Positions 19,404 through 28,003 of a DNA stretch of 64,000 nucleotides are shown here, piece after piece. The stretch comes from a virus. The notes below the pieces were generated by a model, which was not told the DNA's origin, ran no database searches, and saw only the letters and a program-made list of their open reading frames with translations. Every line of letters starts with the position of its first letter. Positions within the stretch are counted from its first letter, which is position 1. The DNA lies in IMG/VR virus record IMGVR_UViG_3300044701_001468, one strand, 5' to 3'. Position numbers and translations under genes: made by a program.

Positions 19404-19725
19404 CTAATCTATCTCCAAATTTTTCAATGTAAATATCAAGAATGTTTTGTTCTGGTTCACCCAATGCTATGACTTGATAGATGGGAATTTTAAATTGATC
19501 GTCAGAAGAATATGGCATCCATTTCGTAAAATTTACATTAAATTGAGATGGAGATCCATCTGGCGACACATCACCATATGGTGTCATAGACAACACATAT
19601 GGACATTTCATTAGTAATCCTGGGGGGAATCCATTTCCCTTTTGATTTTCTTCATCAAAAAGTTCTGCATGACCAGCAATAACTTGTTGACCAGTAACTA
19701 AATGAAAAATACGAACTGGTAACAT
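19306..19725 (-). CDS. Hypothetical protein, Sm-like fold candidate
   Basis: RIFHLVTGQQVIA...LMKCPY...FTKWMPYSSD pattern; strong sigma70 promoter upstream. Confidence 0.6.
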   Translation of the reverse strand: MLPVRIFHLVTGQQVIAGHAELFDEENQKGNGFPPGLLMKCPYVLSMTPYGDVSPDGSPSQFNVNFTKWMPYSSDDQFKIPIYQVIALGEPEQNILDIYIEKFGDRLDDVKLAGQSDSSDSSEGSGLFDSGDRGEGGES

Positions 19726-19751
19726 ACAAAATATCTCCTATTTTATTTTTA

Positions 19752-19779
19752 ATTATATCACATTTTTAATTTTTGTCAA
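19752..19779 (-). promoter_or_regulatory. Host sigma70-type promoter TTGACA-N16-TATAAT with extended -10 TG
   Basis: Both hexamers are consensus; likely drives the Sm-like genes and gp43/uvsX/gp41. Confidence 0.8.
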
Positions 19780-19782
19780 CCC

Positions 19783-19850
19783 AAGAAAAAGGGAGCCAAC
19801 CCTGATAGTTGCCAGGGAGGCTCCAGCGGCGACGATATTTGGGTTGCCCC
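19783..19850 (-). ncRNA. Candidate late small RNA or structured hsp20 3' element ending in a terminator
   Basis: ATAAATA (19856-19862) overlaps the hsp20 stop; ...AUAUCGUCGCCGCU... then nested stem GGAGCC/GGCUCC with CCCUG/CAGGG and a U-tract. Confidence 0.4.
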
Positions 19851-19858
19851 TCAACTAT

Positions 19859-20302
19859 TTATCCTTCGTTCAATAATTGTTTGACATGCGTACCAATATT
19901 ATACGTCGTTTTCTTTTGGTGTTCTGGAATGATTTTCTCTAGTGAGATTGTTAGTAAACCATCCGCAAAATTTACAGAGGATACTCTGACATCATCTGCG
20001 AGTTGCCACGAATTTGTGAAGGAACGTCTTGATAGACCTTTGTGAACATACACTCTTTCAGGATCTCGTTTCTCAACTTTTGAGGTAACTCTGAGAATGT
20101 TCTGTTCTGTAGAGACTTCAATCTCGTCTGACTTAAATCCAGCCAGAGCGATTTCAATTTCGTAGTTAGCGCCATCGTTTTTGATGATGTTGTAGGGAGG
20201 ATAGTTTGTATTATGACCAGACATCGCATCTAGTCGGTTAAAAATGCTTTCCAATCCTACGTTGAAGGGAGTATAAACATCCCAAGTATATGTGTTTGTC
20301 AT
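19859..20302 (-). CDS. hsp20: Small heat-shock protein
   Basis: NYPPYNI, EIALAGF, HKGLSRRSF, DGLLTI alpha-crystallin motifs. Confidence 0.95.
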   Translation of the reverse strand: MTNTYTWDVYTPFNVGLESIFNRLDAMSGHNTNYPPYNIIKNDGANYEIEIALAGFKSDEIEVSTEQNILRVTSKVEKRDPERVYVHKGLSRRSFTNSWQLADDVRVSSVNFADGLLTISLEKIIPEHQKKTTYNIGTHVKQLLNEG

Positions 20303-20354
20303 TTTAGTTCTCCTTGAATAAGCGAGAGTTTGATTAAGACCCCGAAGGCGTCTT
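20300..20354 (-). promoter_or_regulatory. hsp20 5' UTR with two hairpins, the second sequestering the SD (ROSE-like)
   Basis: CUC(G)CUU-AUUC-AAGGAG pairing; upstream AAGAC(G)CC-UUCG-GGGUCUU; TATAAT at 20359-20364. Confidence 0.55.
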
Positions 20355-20378
20355 CATTATTATATATCAGAAAGCAAT

Positions 20379-20402
20379 AAAAAAAGGGAGTGTTGAACTC
20401 CC
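20379..20402 (-). terminator. Intrinsic terminator after regA
   Basis: GGGAG-TTCAACA-CTCCC-T7. Confidence 0.75.
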
Positions 20403-20409
20403 TACAAAA

Positions 20410-20838
20410 TTATTCGGTTACTTCGGTCTTTTTACGACCAATGTTATATTTACTTTCCAGGGTCCATTCATCTTTCTCTTTGAAAGCAAGAACTTTAATT
20501 TGATTCAGGGGAGCAACATCAGCAATCGCTTCTACTTTAACAACAGAAATCAATCCCCAATCGGATAACAGCTGAATAATTCTGTTTCTACGCTGAACAT
20601 CATTCACTGAAAGATTAGTATTCTTTCCATCAAGAGCAAACAACTCCTTGAAGTGAACAATATAATACTTACCTTGCTTATGAAGGATATGACAAGATTG
20701 GTAAATCTTTTTTTCTTTGCGTGAAGCAACACCAATGCGTGTTAGTGTTTCACGAACTTTAAGGAAGTCATCAGGTTCATTGAGAGTCACCTCAACCATA
20801 TCAGCTTGCTTCCATTCTACTTCAATATCAGGAGTCAT
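20410..20838 (-). CDS. regA: Translational repressor
   Basis: DDFLKVRETLTRIGVAS, YQSCHILHKQG, YIVHFKELFALDG. Confidence 0.97.
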   Translation of the reverse strand: MTPDIEVEWKQADMVEVTLNEPDDFLKVRETLTRIGVASRKEKKIYQSCHILHKQGKYYIVHFKELFALDGKNTNLSVNDVQRRNRIIQLLSDWGLISVVKVEAIADVAPLNQIKVLAFKEKDEWTLESKYNIGRKKTEVTE

Positions 20839-21221
20839 TTCTTTCCACCTTTGTCTACAAATTGTTTAATGTGTTCAAGTTGATCTTTAGATAAAATTCT
20901 CAATGCCTGTAAAGCCTTATCGTCATTATAACCATAATACTCTTTGATTGCATCAAGGTAGTCTATAGATGCTTTTTTCGCCCAAGGTGAAAACCTTTTG
21001 CGAGGGTTGATACTATTTATAAAAAAGTCATATTGCATCTTCTTATCCAAATGAGGATACATGTTCATCTCATTGGCAAAGAGAACTGTATCATGGAATG
21101 CAGCAAGACACTTGTTGACAATAAAAGGTGGATATGCTTTCTCAGTCTCCTCGTCAATAACTAGGGACTTCTTGCTTTGATTGATGGAGGTCAGATAGTC
21201 TGACAAACTTGGTTTCGTCAT
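20835..21221 (-). CDS. gp62: Clamp loader small subunit
   Basis: YPPFIVNKCL, FANEMN, QYDFFINS, EYYGYN; precedes regA. Confidence 0.93.
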   Translation of the reverse strand: MTKPSLSDYLTSINQSKKSLVIDEETEKAYPPFIVNKCLAAFHDTVLFANEMNMYPHLDKKMQYDFFINSINPRKRFSPWAKKASIDYLDAIKEYYGYNDDKALQALRILSKDQLEHIKQFVDKGGKK

Positions 21222-22047
21222 AATTAGTAATCAAAAGTTCAGCACGATCTTTTTGCTCATTCATGTAGTCTCCCACTGAACGCATAGTATAAGTCAAATC
21301 CCATTTGGTTTGATAGTAACCATCATACCACTCCATAAGAGTTGGGTTGGTATTGTATGTAATCATCCATCGGTCTTTTACATTCCCCTGAGTAATCCAA
21401 GCATGAAACTCTTCATGGTTAAATCCTTTGTGCAGTTCTCCTTTCTTACCATAGAGATTATCTTTAATGTCATAAGGAGGATCAAAGAACCAAAACGTTC
21501 CAATAGGAGCAGATGTCATCATCATGTCCCAGTAAGGACCAGTAGTAATCTTCCAATTCTGAATCAGTTTTGAATACTCTAAGAGTTTGTCAATACCATT
21601 CATTGAGAAGTTTGATACACTTGCTTGGGGAGAGAAAGAAGATGCTTCAGTCAATCCACTGAAAGAACATTTATTGATGATATAAAAGGCAACAGCACGA
21701 TAGAAATCTTCTGCCTCTTTGTGATTCAGTTGAATCTTCATCTCATTGAAAAGTTTGCGAGCAAGGTCAGGTGTGTTGTAATCTTCTTTATATCCTTTGA
21801 TACAACGATGTAGTTCTTCTGCATCATCACGCAAAGCAAACCAGAAGTTTGTCAGTGGTTCATACAGGTCATTCACCCACACAGGAATGTCTGGATTTTC
21901 TTTTGTGAATGCGATTGCTACGCTACCGCCACCAAGGAAAGGTTCGCGGTATTCAGTAATATCCTTAGGCATCTTAGGAAGAAGATACTTAGTGGCACGA
22001 GATTTACCACCAGGATAACGAAGAGGGGTTTTCAAAGATTTCATCAT
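21154..22047 (-). CDS. dam: N6-adenine DNA methyltransferase (Dam/D12 class)
   Basis: LRYPGGKS, EPFLGGGSV, NDL, DPPY, ELLITNY. Confidence 0.93.
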   Translation of the reverse strand: MMKSLKTPLRYPGGKSRATKYLLPKMPKDITEYREPFLGGGSVAIAFTKENPDIPVWVNDLYEPLTNFWFALRDDAEELHRCIKGYKEDYNTPDLARKLFNEMKIQLNHKEAEDFYRAVAFYIINKCSFSGLTEASSFSPQASVSNFSMNGIDKLLEYSKLIQNWKITTGPYWDMMMTSAPIGTFWFFDPPYDIKDNLYGKKGELHKGFNHEEFHAWITQGNVKDRWMITYNTNPTLMEWYDGYYQTKWDLTYTMRSVGDYMNEQKDRAELLITNYDETKFVRLSDLHQSKQEVPSY

Positions 22048-22556
22048 ACATGTTCCTCAATAAGTTTACGAAGTTTGATACCAAAGTCATCTTTCTGCTT
22101 TGGTTTAACAAAGAACTCAATCATATGTAAGTCATCATAGTTAACAAAAGATGTGATAACAGCATCTTTAATAACTACATTTTTAGCAACTGCTTCCCAT
22201 GTTGCCCAACCAACAGACATATTTTTTGTGTCTTTGAGAATAATATAATCAAAAGTTTTTACAAACTCTGTTTGATTGCCTTGGAAGTTTTTTAAAATAA
22301 AAACTTTTGTTCGGTCAATAGTTTTACAGAACATTCCTTCCTGTGCTTTATCTTCTACTGATAAACCATTACAATCAGTGTAATCTTTTCCATCTTCTTT
22401 GTCACCAACATAAGTAAGTTGATTACCACTATATTTGGAAGTAGCAATCTCTTGTATTTCTGTTCTTAATGCTCGGGTTTGTTTCCGTTTGAGACCTGCA
22501 GTGGATTCAACCGCCCCAAAAATTTCTTCCCAATCAAAGAGTTTCCAGTCAATCAT
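22044..22556 (-). CDS. Hypothetical protein, putative PD-(D/E)xK endonuclease
   Basis: E helix (TEIQE) then GKDY...VEDK; overlap-coupled to dam; inserted between gp44 and gp62. Confidence 0.45.
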   Translation of the reverse strand: MIDWKLFDWEEIFGAVESTAGLKRKQTRALRTEIQEIATSKYSGNQLTYVGDKEDGKDYTDCNGLSVEDKAQEGMFCKTIDRTKVFILKNFQGNQTEFVKTFDYIILKDTKNMSVGWATWEAVAKNVVIKDAVITSFVNYDDLHMIEFFVKPKQKDDFGIKLRKLIEEHV

Positions 22557-23497
22557 TTAAATTTACACTCCACCATGATTTCAGTTAGACAAGCGAGAAG
22601 ATTAATCTCTTGATCCGCTACAAAAGCAATTTGATATTGATACTTAGCAAGCACCAAAACTGCTGGGGGAATAGAAGAACCTTCGAGACATTCACTCAAG
22701 GAATTGTAGATTTTACGAATGATGGTATTGGGATCACTATCCATATTATCAACAACCCACTGACGCACAACATTATATTCTTTGTTCTTCATCGCTCGCA
22801 TGAGATGGTCAATATTGACATCTGCAATATCACAGAGAACAGCAGTGTCAAGTGAACCACCAGCAGAGTGGCGCTGCGCTTCGTTCAGCAGACGGCGCCA
22901 GTCGGGGTAGTAACGCTGAATCAGTTTGACCAGCACCTTGTCCTCATACGCCACGCCAGAGGCGTCTAGGATGCCCTTCAAGCGGTCGAAGAACTGCGCT
23001 TGGAGTCGTTGCTGCTCCCCCGTCTTAATACGGAAATCAACGACCGTACAGCGAGAGTGAAGTGGTTCAGCAATCTTGTTAATGAAATTACAAGTAAAGA
23101 TGAACCTACAATTTGAATGAAACTCTTCAATAAATGTACGAAGAGATAGTTGTACGTCAGAAGTTGTATTGTCTGCTTCGTCAATAATAACAACTTTGTG
23201 TTTGCCACCGCCAACCAAAGATTTAGTAGTAGCAAATTGTTTTACACGAGTGCGAATAGTATCAAGAAATCGACCTTCATCAGAACCATTGATAACAATA
23301 TAACTAAGATCAAGTTCTTCGCACAATGCTTTGGCAACGGTAGTCTTACCAACGCCAGGAGGACCAGACAGAAGAAGATTAGAAATCTCACCCTGTTCAA
23401 TGAATCCAGTAAACACTTTCTTTAACGAATTAGGGAGGATACAATCTTCAATCGTATGAGGACGATATTCCTCCACCCACAGAAAATTTTTCATCAA
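22553..23497 (-). CDS. gp44: Clamp loader large subunit
   Basis: WVEEYRP, GPPGVGKTT, IIDEAD, PLHSRC. Confidence 0.97.
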   Translation of the reverse strand: MMKNFLWVEEYRPHTIEDCILPNSLKKVFTGFIEQGEISNLLLSGPPGVGKTTVAKALCEELDLSYIVINGSDEGRFLDTIRTRVKQFATTKSLVGGGKHKVVIIDEADNTTSDVQLSLRTFIEEFHSNCRFIFTCNFINKIAEPLHSRCTVVDFRIKTGEQQRLQAQFFDRLKGILDASGVAYEDKVLVKLIQRYYPDWRRLLNEAQRHSAGGSLDTAVLCDIADVNIDHLMRAMKNKEYNVVRQWVVDNMDSDPNTIIRKIYNSLSECLEGSSIPPAVLVLAKYQYQIAFVADQEINLLACLTEIMVECKFK

Positions 23498-24156
23498 GGT
23501 TCAAGAGCAATGTAATAGGTTAAATCGAGGTTAAGATTTTTCCACTCAGTAATATAATGTTTAGAAACACCAACCGAGTAATCTCCTTGAAGAAGACGAA
23601 TGTTTTCAACCTTGAGAGTAAGGGAATGTTCACCTTCAAATGTTCCAGGAACAATCAAATCATAAGTGTTTGATGTCGAACTTTCATTGTCTTTAACAGA
23701 AAGAACAATTTCATCAGTAGTAATAATATTCAAATCAGGAATATCATAGATTCCTTTTGCTTTCTGAATACCAGAAATATCAGAAGCAGAAAGAGTAAAT
23801 TGAATATCAGAACCAGGATAGTTTACTTTCTTATCTGGTGCAGTTTTCAAAGTAATCTCAGGATCACTGAAGTAATACTTGGTGCGACTACGACCACCCT
23901 GAATAGTAACATAATCATCATTGTCAAATACCAGAACAGGATTATCGAACAATGACATACCAGAAAGAAACTGGTTTAAGTCGTAAATAGCAAAGGTGCG
24001 AGGGAAAGTTTCTTCCACGGCGGCGGTAGCTAGAATGTTCTCAGCATTGCTGATAGTCTTCAAAACATTACCTTTGTTAATAACGATGGACGTATTAATC
24101 GTCGCAAAGTTTTTTAGAATCTGAAGTGTAGATGGGGAAAGTGCTACTGTACTCAT
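23494..24156 (-). CDS. gp45: Sliding clamp
   Basis: LKNFATIN, FAIYDLNQFL, YYIALEP. Confidence 0.95.
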   Translation of the reverse strand: MSTVALSPSTLQILKNFATINTSIVINKGNVLKTISNAENILATAAVEETFPRTFAIYDLNQFLSGMSLFDNPVLVFDNDDYVTIQGGRSRTKYYFSDPEITLKTAPDKKVNYPGSDIQFTLSASDISGIQKAKGIYDIPDLNIITTDEIVLSVKDNESSTSNTYDLIVPGTFEGEHSLTLKVENIRLLQGDYSVGVSKHYITEWKNLNLDLTYYIALEP

Positions 24157-24440
24157 CGGTGGTAATCTTCACGGGTTGCATTTTTATCATTAAAATTCAT
24201 GAGAAGAACTGCGTAATGCAGCACCTTCATAATATCCATACGGGCGCTACCTTTTTTATCGTAACGAGAAGCATACTTGAGGATATTACTGCGACAGAAT
24301 GCTTCTCCATCACCACATGCTTCGATCAAATCAAGGGTTTGAATTTTATCATCACCAGCAGAATAATGCTGCTGATAGGTTTTGGCGATGTAATCTCGCA
24401 GTTCATTGAGGATTTGCTCCTCGTTGTATTTCCATTGCAT
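24153..24440 (-). CDS. DUF3310-like hypothetical protein
   Basis: QHYS, QTLDLI, FCRSNILKYASRYDKKG; start moved to MQWKY at 24440. Confidence 0.7.
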   Translation of the reverse strand: MQWKYNEEQILNELRDYIAKTYQQHYSAGDDKIQTLDLIEACGDGEAFCRSNILKYASRYDKKGSARMDIMKVLHYAVLLMNFNDKNATREDYHR

Positions 24441-24442
24441 AG

Positions 24443-24643
24443 TTAAGCGTCCTCCAAGACACATTCAATATCAGTAATATAGCATGTTGCGGGTTCATAG
24501 TCAACCCCATTGCCAGAATAAAGATGACCAATGTAACACGGGCAATTTTTGCCACCAAGCCATTGGTAAATTTTACATTTGATTAAAAAAAGACCCCCAT
24601 CCATTTTGCGAATGAGGGTGTGACGAGGGAGATTATCAAACAT
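24443..24643 (-). CDS. Hypothetical 66-aa protein
   Basis: TGATG coupling to the upstream ATPase; a terminator-like hairpin with T7 (24585-24619) lies inside it. Confidence 0.45.
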   Translation of the reverse strand: MFDNLPRHTLIRKMDGGLFLIKCKIYQWLGGKNCPCYIGHLYSGNGVDYEPATCYITDIECVLEDA

Positions 24644-25725
24644 CAGAAGGTTGCAGGTTCAGTGGTTTCAGTAGGAGCATCGATAGAAGCATCAATCTTA
24701 GTGTAGAGTTCCATGAAGGATTGCTTAGTCTCATCATCAAAACGAGCAATACACACTTCGATTGCTTTCTTGCGCTTGCCGAAGATGCTGAAGGCACGAA
24801 TAACGTGAACCAGACGACGGGTGGAAATGATTTCGTCAACACCACCATCGTAGAAGGTCTTACGAATAATCTCTGCCCATGCAACCAAGCGACTCACAAA
24901 CTCCTCATCATAGCAGTTGAGTGCCTCAGAAGCTTTCTTAAGGATTGCAGTTTCAACCTTAGGAGTAGGATATGCCTGCTCAAAGGTTACAGGGAAACGC
25001 TCAAGGAATGCTTCGTTGAGAACGTTAGTGCCGATGAAACGACCATCATCACTGCCCTTACCTTTGGTGTTGGCAGTAGCAACAACGTTGAAACCATCAG
25101 CGGGTTTGACATACTTACCGATCTTCTTAAGGAAGACGCCCTTACCCTCAAGCACAGATTGCAGGCAGAGGATTTTGTTAGAGGCAAGGTCAATCTCGTC
25201 AAGCAGAAGAATAGCACCGCGATTCAGTGCTTGAACCACGGGACCATCGTGCCACACGGTTTCACCATTGACAAGACGGAAACCACCAATCAGGTCATCC
25301 TCATCAGTCTCAATCGTGATGTTGACACGAATCAGTTCACGCTTCAGTTGAGCACAAGCTTGCTCCACACTGAAAGTTTTACCGTTACCAGAGAGACCAG
25401 TGATGAAGATAGGATAATACTGACGAGAAGAAACAATCTTCTTAATATCACTAAAGTTACCAAAGCTGACGAAGGAAGCATCTTTCGCAGGAATAAAGTT
25501 TTCAGGGGTTTCTGCCACAGGTTCAACGGCGGGTTGATTATAAGTTTGCTCCAGTTGTTCAATAGCAGTCAGATGCCACATGCCACGATGCACCTTAAAC
25601 TGATCCAGTTTTTTGGTGAGAGTTTGGTAGGACATACCAATCTCGTCGGCATAGGTGCGAAGGTCAGCGGCAGTCACAACAGAACCAAAGCGGTCAATCA
25701 GTGGGGCGACTTCAAAGTTTTTCAT
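24643..25725 (-). CDS. MoxR-type AAA+ ATPase (commonly annotated CobS)
   Basis: GLSGNGKT, LLLDEID, TANTKGKG, NEAFLERF; start moved to MKNFEV at 25725, downstream of a promoter. Confidence 0.9.
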   Translation of the reverse strand: MKNFEVAPLIDRFGSVVTAADLRTYADEIGMSYQTLTKKLDQFKVHRGMWHLTAIEQLEQTYNQPAVEPVAETPENFIPAKDASFVSFGNFSDIKKIVSSRQYYPIFITGLSGNGKTFSVEQACAQLKRELIRVNITIETDEDDLIGGFRLVNGETVWHDGPVVQALNRGAILLLDEIDLASNKILCLQSVLEGKGVFLKKIGKYVKPADGFNVVATANTKGKGSDDGRFIGTNVLNEAFLERFPVTFEQAYPTPKVETAILKKASEALNCYDEEFVSRLVAWAEIIRKTFYDGGVDEIISTRRLVHVIRAFSIFGKRKKAIEVCIARFDDETKQSFMELYTKIDASIDAPTETTEPATF

Positions 25726-25750
25726 GGTGTGGGTCGTTTGGTATGTAGAT

Positions 25751-25786
25751 ATTATAGGGCAAAAGAGGTGGGGGCACAAGCCCCCA
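25751..25786 (-). promoter_or_regulatory. Early promoter TTGTGC-N17-TATAAT overlapping hairpin TGGGGGC-TTGT-GCCCCCA
   Basis: -10 at 25751-25756, -35 at 25774-25779. Confidence 0.6.
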
Positions 25787-25795
25787 TTGATTAGG

Positions 25796-27940
25796 TTAAC
25801 TAATGAGTGAGGCAAAGGAGGTCAGCATCTTCTTATTAACACCTTTCTTAGCGAGTGCTTTAGTAAATGCCTTGCCAATTTCTTTCTCGGAAGCATCATC
25901 CTCAACCTCAAATTCGCTATTCGCAGATAGCGAATCGGTGCCCATCAGATAGAGTGCCTGGTAACCCAGATGCTCAACAAGTTCAGCGGACTTGTTTTTC
26001 TTCCACTGCTTCTGAACTTCATCCCAAGAAGTTTTACATTCTTCAGCACTGTAAGTGCTATTCAGACCACGACCATTCACCAGACGAATACCAATCAGGT
26101 TTACATCGGGAAAGCGATCACGAACATTTTGAAGAAACACTTTGGTGATTTTATCAGAGTTACCATAGTAACCACCATCATCAAAGCGAGCATACACACG
26201 ACCAGTTTTACGATCACGCAAAACACAATCATTGGTTACATGATTCGTGCCCATACGACTACCATACTTCTGATCAGTGTAGTAGTTGATGCTAGCAGAT
26301 TCGCCGTCAGTCAGAATAATAACATTAGTCTTTTGAACTTTGTTACGTTTTTGAAAGGCAGGAATAAGTGCGGTAAGAGAAATAGCAGCTTCATGAAGAG
26401 GAGTGCCAGACAGACTATATCCAGCAGGCATAGAGTAACCAGAGTAACTACCATTGCCAACAACAAGACGCCAGAAGTTTTTGAGTTGTGCTTCAAGGTC
26501 TTTGCCATTACGACCATTACCACTGACAAGATTCAGCAGACGAAAGTGTTCGCAAAGTTTGACTTGACCTGCTTTAGCTTTCTGTAGATGTTGGGGTTTG
26601 GTGCGAACACCAGAAGAATAGTCGTAGGATTTGTTATACCAATAGTCATTGGTGAAAGCATAGATGTCAAAAGGAATCTGCACTTTTTTACAGAACCATG
26701 CGAGGTTCAGCAGTTGCTTAGCAGTATCTTGCAATATACCACCCATAGAACCAGACCAGTCAAGGATAAAAATCAGACCATGATTCTTACCATCGGGCAC
26801 AACATTGATTTTCTTGAACACATCTTCATTCCACTTGTAGGTATGAAGCATAGCAGTATCAAGAACTCCAGTCTTGGCAGTGCTAGCACGAGCATACTGG
26901 TCTGCAGACTTACGCATCTCAAACTCTTTCACAAGATAGTTAACCTCGCGTTGAGCTTCAGCACGAAACTTCAGATACTGATTGTCAACTTCTTTGAAGA
27001 GAACTTGCGCCTGCTCATTGAAACTAGTGTTACAATCATCTTGCACTTCTTTGTTGCTGATGACAAAAGAATCTACATTAAGGTCAGGAAGCTCAATGTA
27101 GTTGAGGTGCTGAGAGCGAGGATACTGACTAATGAGTTGTTTCTGATTCTCAGTGAATGCCTTGTCAGTTTCAGACTCAAGCGTATTAGTTTGACCACCG
27201 CCATTGGTAGCACCTTCACCCTGACCATCAGGTTGATCGGAATCAGCACCCTTAGTTTGGTTGCCGTCGCCAGAAGTTTGCTGAGGTTGATCACCTTCAC
27301 CATCGGTAGGATCACCCCCACCTTGAGTGGAATCACCCCCACCTTGAGTAGATTGCTGGATGTCTGCCTGTGCTTCTACGACCTGCTGTTGTTCCTGTTG
27401 CTCAGTGTATGCGAGAATCTTGCGAGCAACATCCACAACTTGTTCAAAGGTTTCAGCATCAGCAAGTTCATCTACAATATCTTTCTCTTCAGCATTCCAA
27501 GAGAACACTTCGCCAGCATGAATACCAACCTTAAAGTAAAGATTGATGCGATCAATCAGAGCATAACTATCCAGTTCACGTTCACCGATACAGAAGAAAT
27601 CCTGATCTTGAAGTTCTTTGTAACCAGAATAGAAGTTACGAGCAAGACCAGGAAACTTACGCTTCATCAGTTTCTCAATGCGAGCATCCTCACACACGTT
27701 GAGATAAGACTGAGGAATGCCATAGTCATCACCCCATTTATCAGGAGTGTAGATAGCATGACCCACTTCATGACCCACCAGCATATCGTATACGTTGGCA
27801 GATGCCCGCTCCCACATAGGAAGAGTCAGGATACGATCTTTCACGTTAAACATCGCCGTTTCTACAGGGCGGTGCTCTACAATAAGGTTCTCGGTGGCGA
27901 GCAGGCGAGCGAGGTTGCCCTTGACTTCGACGTTTAACAT
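25796..27940 (-). CDS. Zincin (HExxH) plus vWA/MIDAS domain protein, partner of the MoxR ATPase
   Basis: HEVGH and EDARIE; acidic G/Q linker; DWSGSM, SGTP, LTDGE. Confidence 0.85.
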   Translation of the reverse strand: MLNVEVKGNLARLLATENLIVEHRPVETAMFNVKDRILTLPMWERASANVYDMLVGHEVGHAIYTPDKWGDDYGIPQSYLNVCEDARIEKLMKRKFPGLARNFYSGYKELQDQDFFCIGERELDSYALIDRINLYFKVGIHAGEVFSWNAEEKDIVDELADAETFEQVVDVARKILAYTEQQEQQQVVEAQADIQQSTQGGGDSTQGGGDPTDGEGDQPQQTSGDGNQTKGADSDQPDGQGEGATNGGGQTNTLESETDKAFTENQKQLISQYPRSQHLNYIELPDLNVDSFVISNKEVQDDCNTSFNEQAQVLFKEVDNQYLKFRAEAQREVNYLVKEFEMRKSADQYARASTAKTGVLDTAMLHTYKWNEDVFKKINVVPDGKNHGLIFILDWSGSMGGILQDTAKQLLNLAWFCKKVQIPFDIYAFTNDYWYNKSYDYSSGVRTKPQHLQKAKAGQVKLCEHFRLLNLVSGNGRNGKDLEAQLKNFWRLVVGNGSYSGYSMPAGYSLSGTPLHEAAISLTALIPAFQKRNKVQKTNVIILTDGESASINYYTDQKYGSRMGTNHVTNDCVLRDRKTGRVYARFDDGGYYGNSDKITKVFLQNVRDRFPDVNLIGIRLVNGRGLNSTYSAEECKTSWDEVQKQWKKNKSAELVEHLGYQALYLMGTDSLSANSEFEVEDDASEKEIGKAFTKALAKKGVNKKMLTSFASLIS
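27311..27349. repeat. 18-nt direct repeat with 21-nt period encoding STQGGGD twice
   Basis: atcacccccaccttgagt at 27311-27328 and 27332-27349. Confidence 0.85.
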
Positions 27941-27963
27941 GGGTCTCTTTCGTTGATGAACCT

Positions 27964-27997
27964 ACTATACGACGAAAGGGGTGCCGAAGCAACCCCT
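27964..27997 (-). promoter_or_regulatory. gp46 terminator hairpin (AGGGGT(T)GC-TTCG-GCACCCCT-TT) overlapping early promoter TTGCTT-N17-TATAGT
   Basis: -10 at 27964-27969, -35 at 27987-27992. Confidence 0.65.
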
Positions 27998-28003
27998 GTT
28001 AAG

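Noticed and set aside
21154-21221. 68-nt dam/gp62 overlap as programmed frameshift or readthrough
   Set aside because: gp62 has its own ATG; a simple C-terminal extension of Dam explains it and no slippery site is evident
24643-25725. 'cobS' as a cobalamin-synthesis auxiliary metabolic gene
   Set aside because: It is a MoxR-type ATPase paired with a zincin-vWA protein; no cobN or other corrinoid genes are present
24721-27937. Long + strand ORFs (357, 205 and 449 aa) opposite the MoxR and vWA genes
   Set aside because: In-register antisense shadows of strongly biased codon usage; no protein-like motifs or RBS, and they lie wholly within well-supported minus-strand genes
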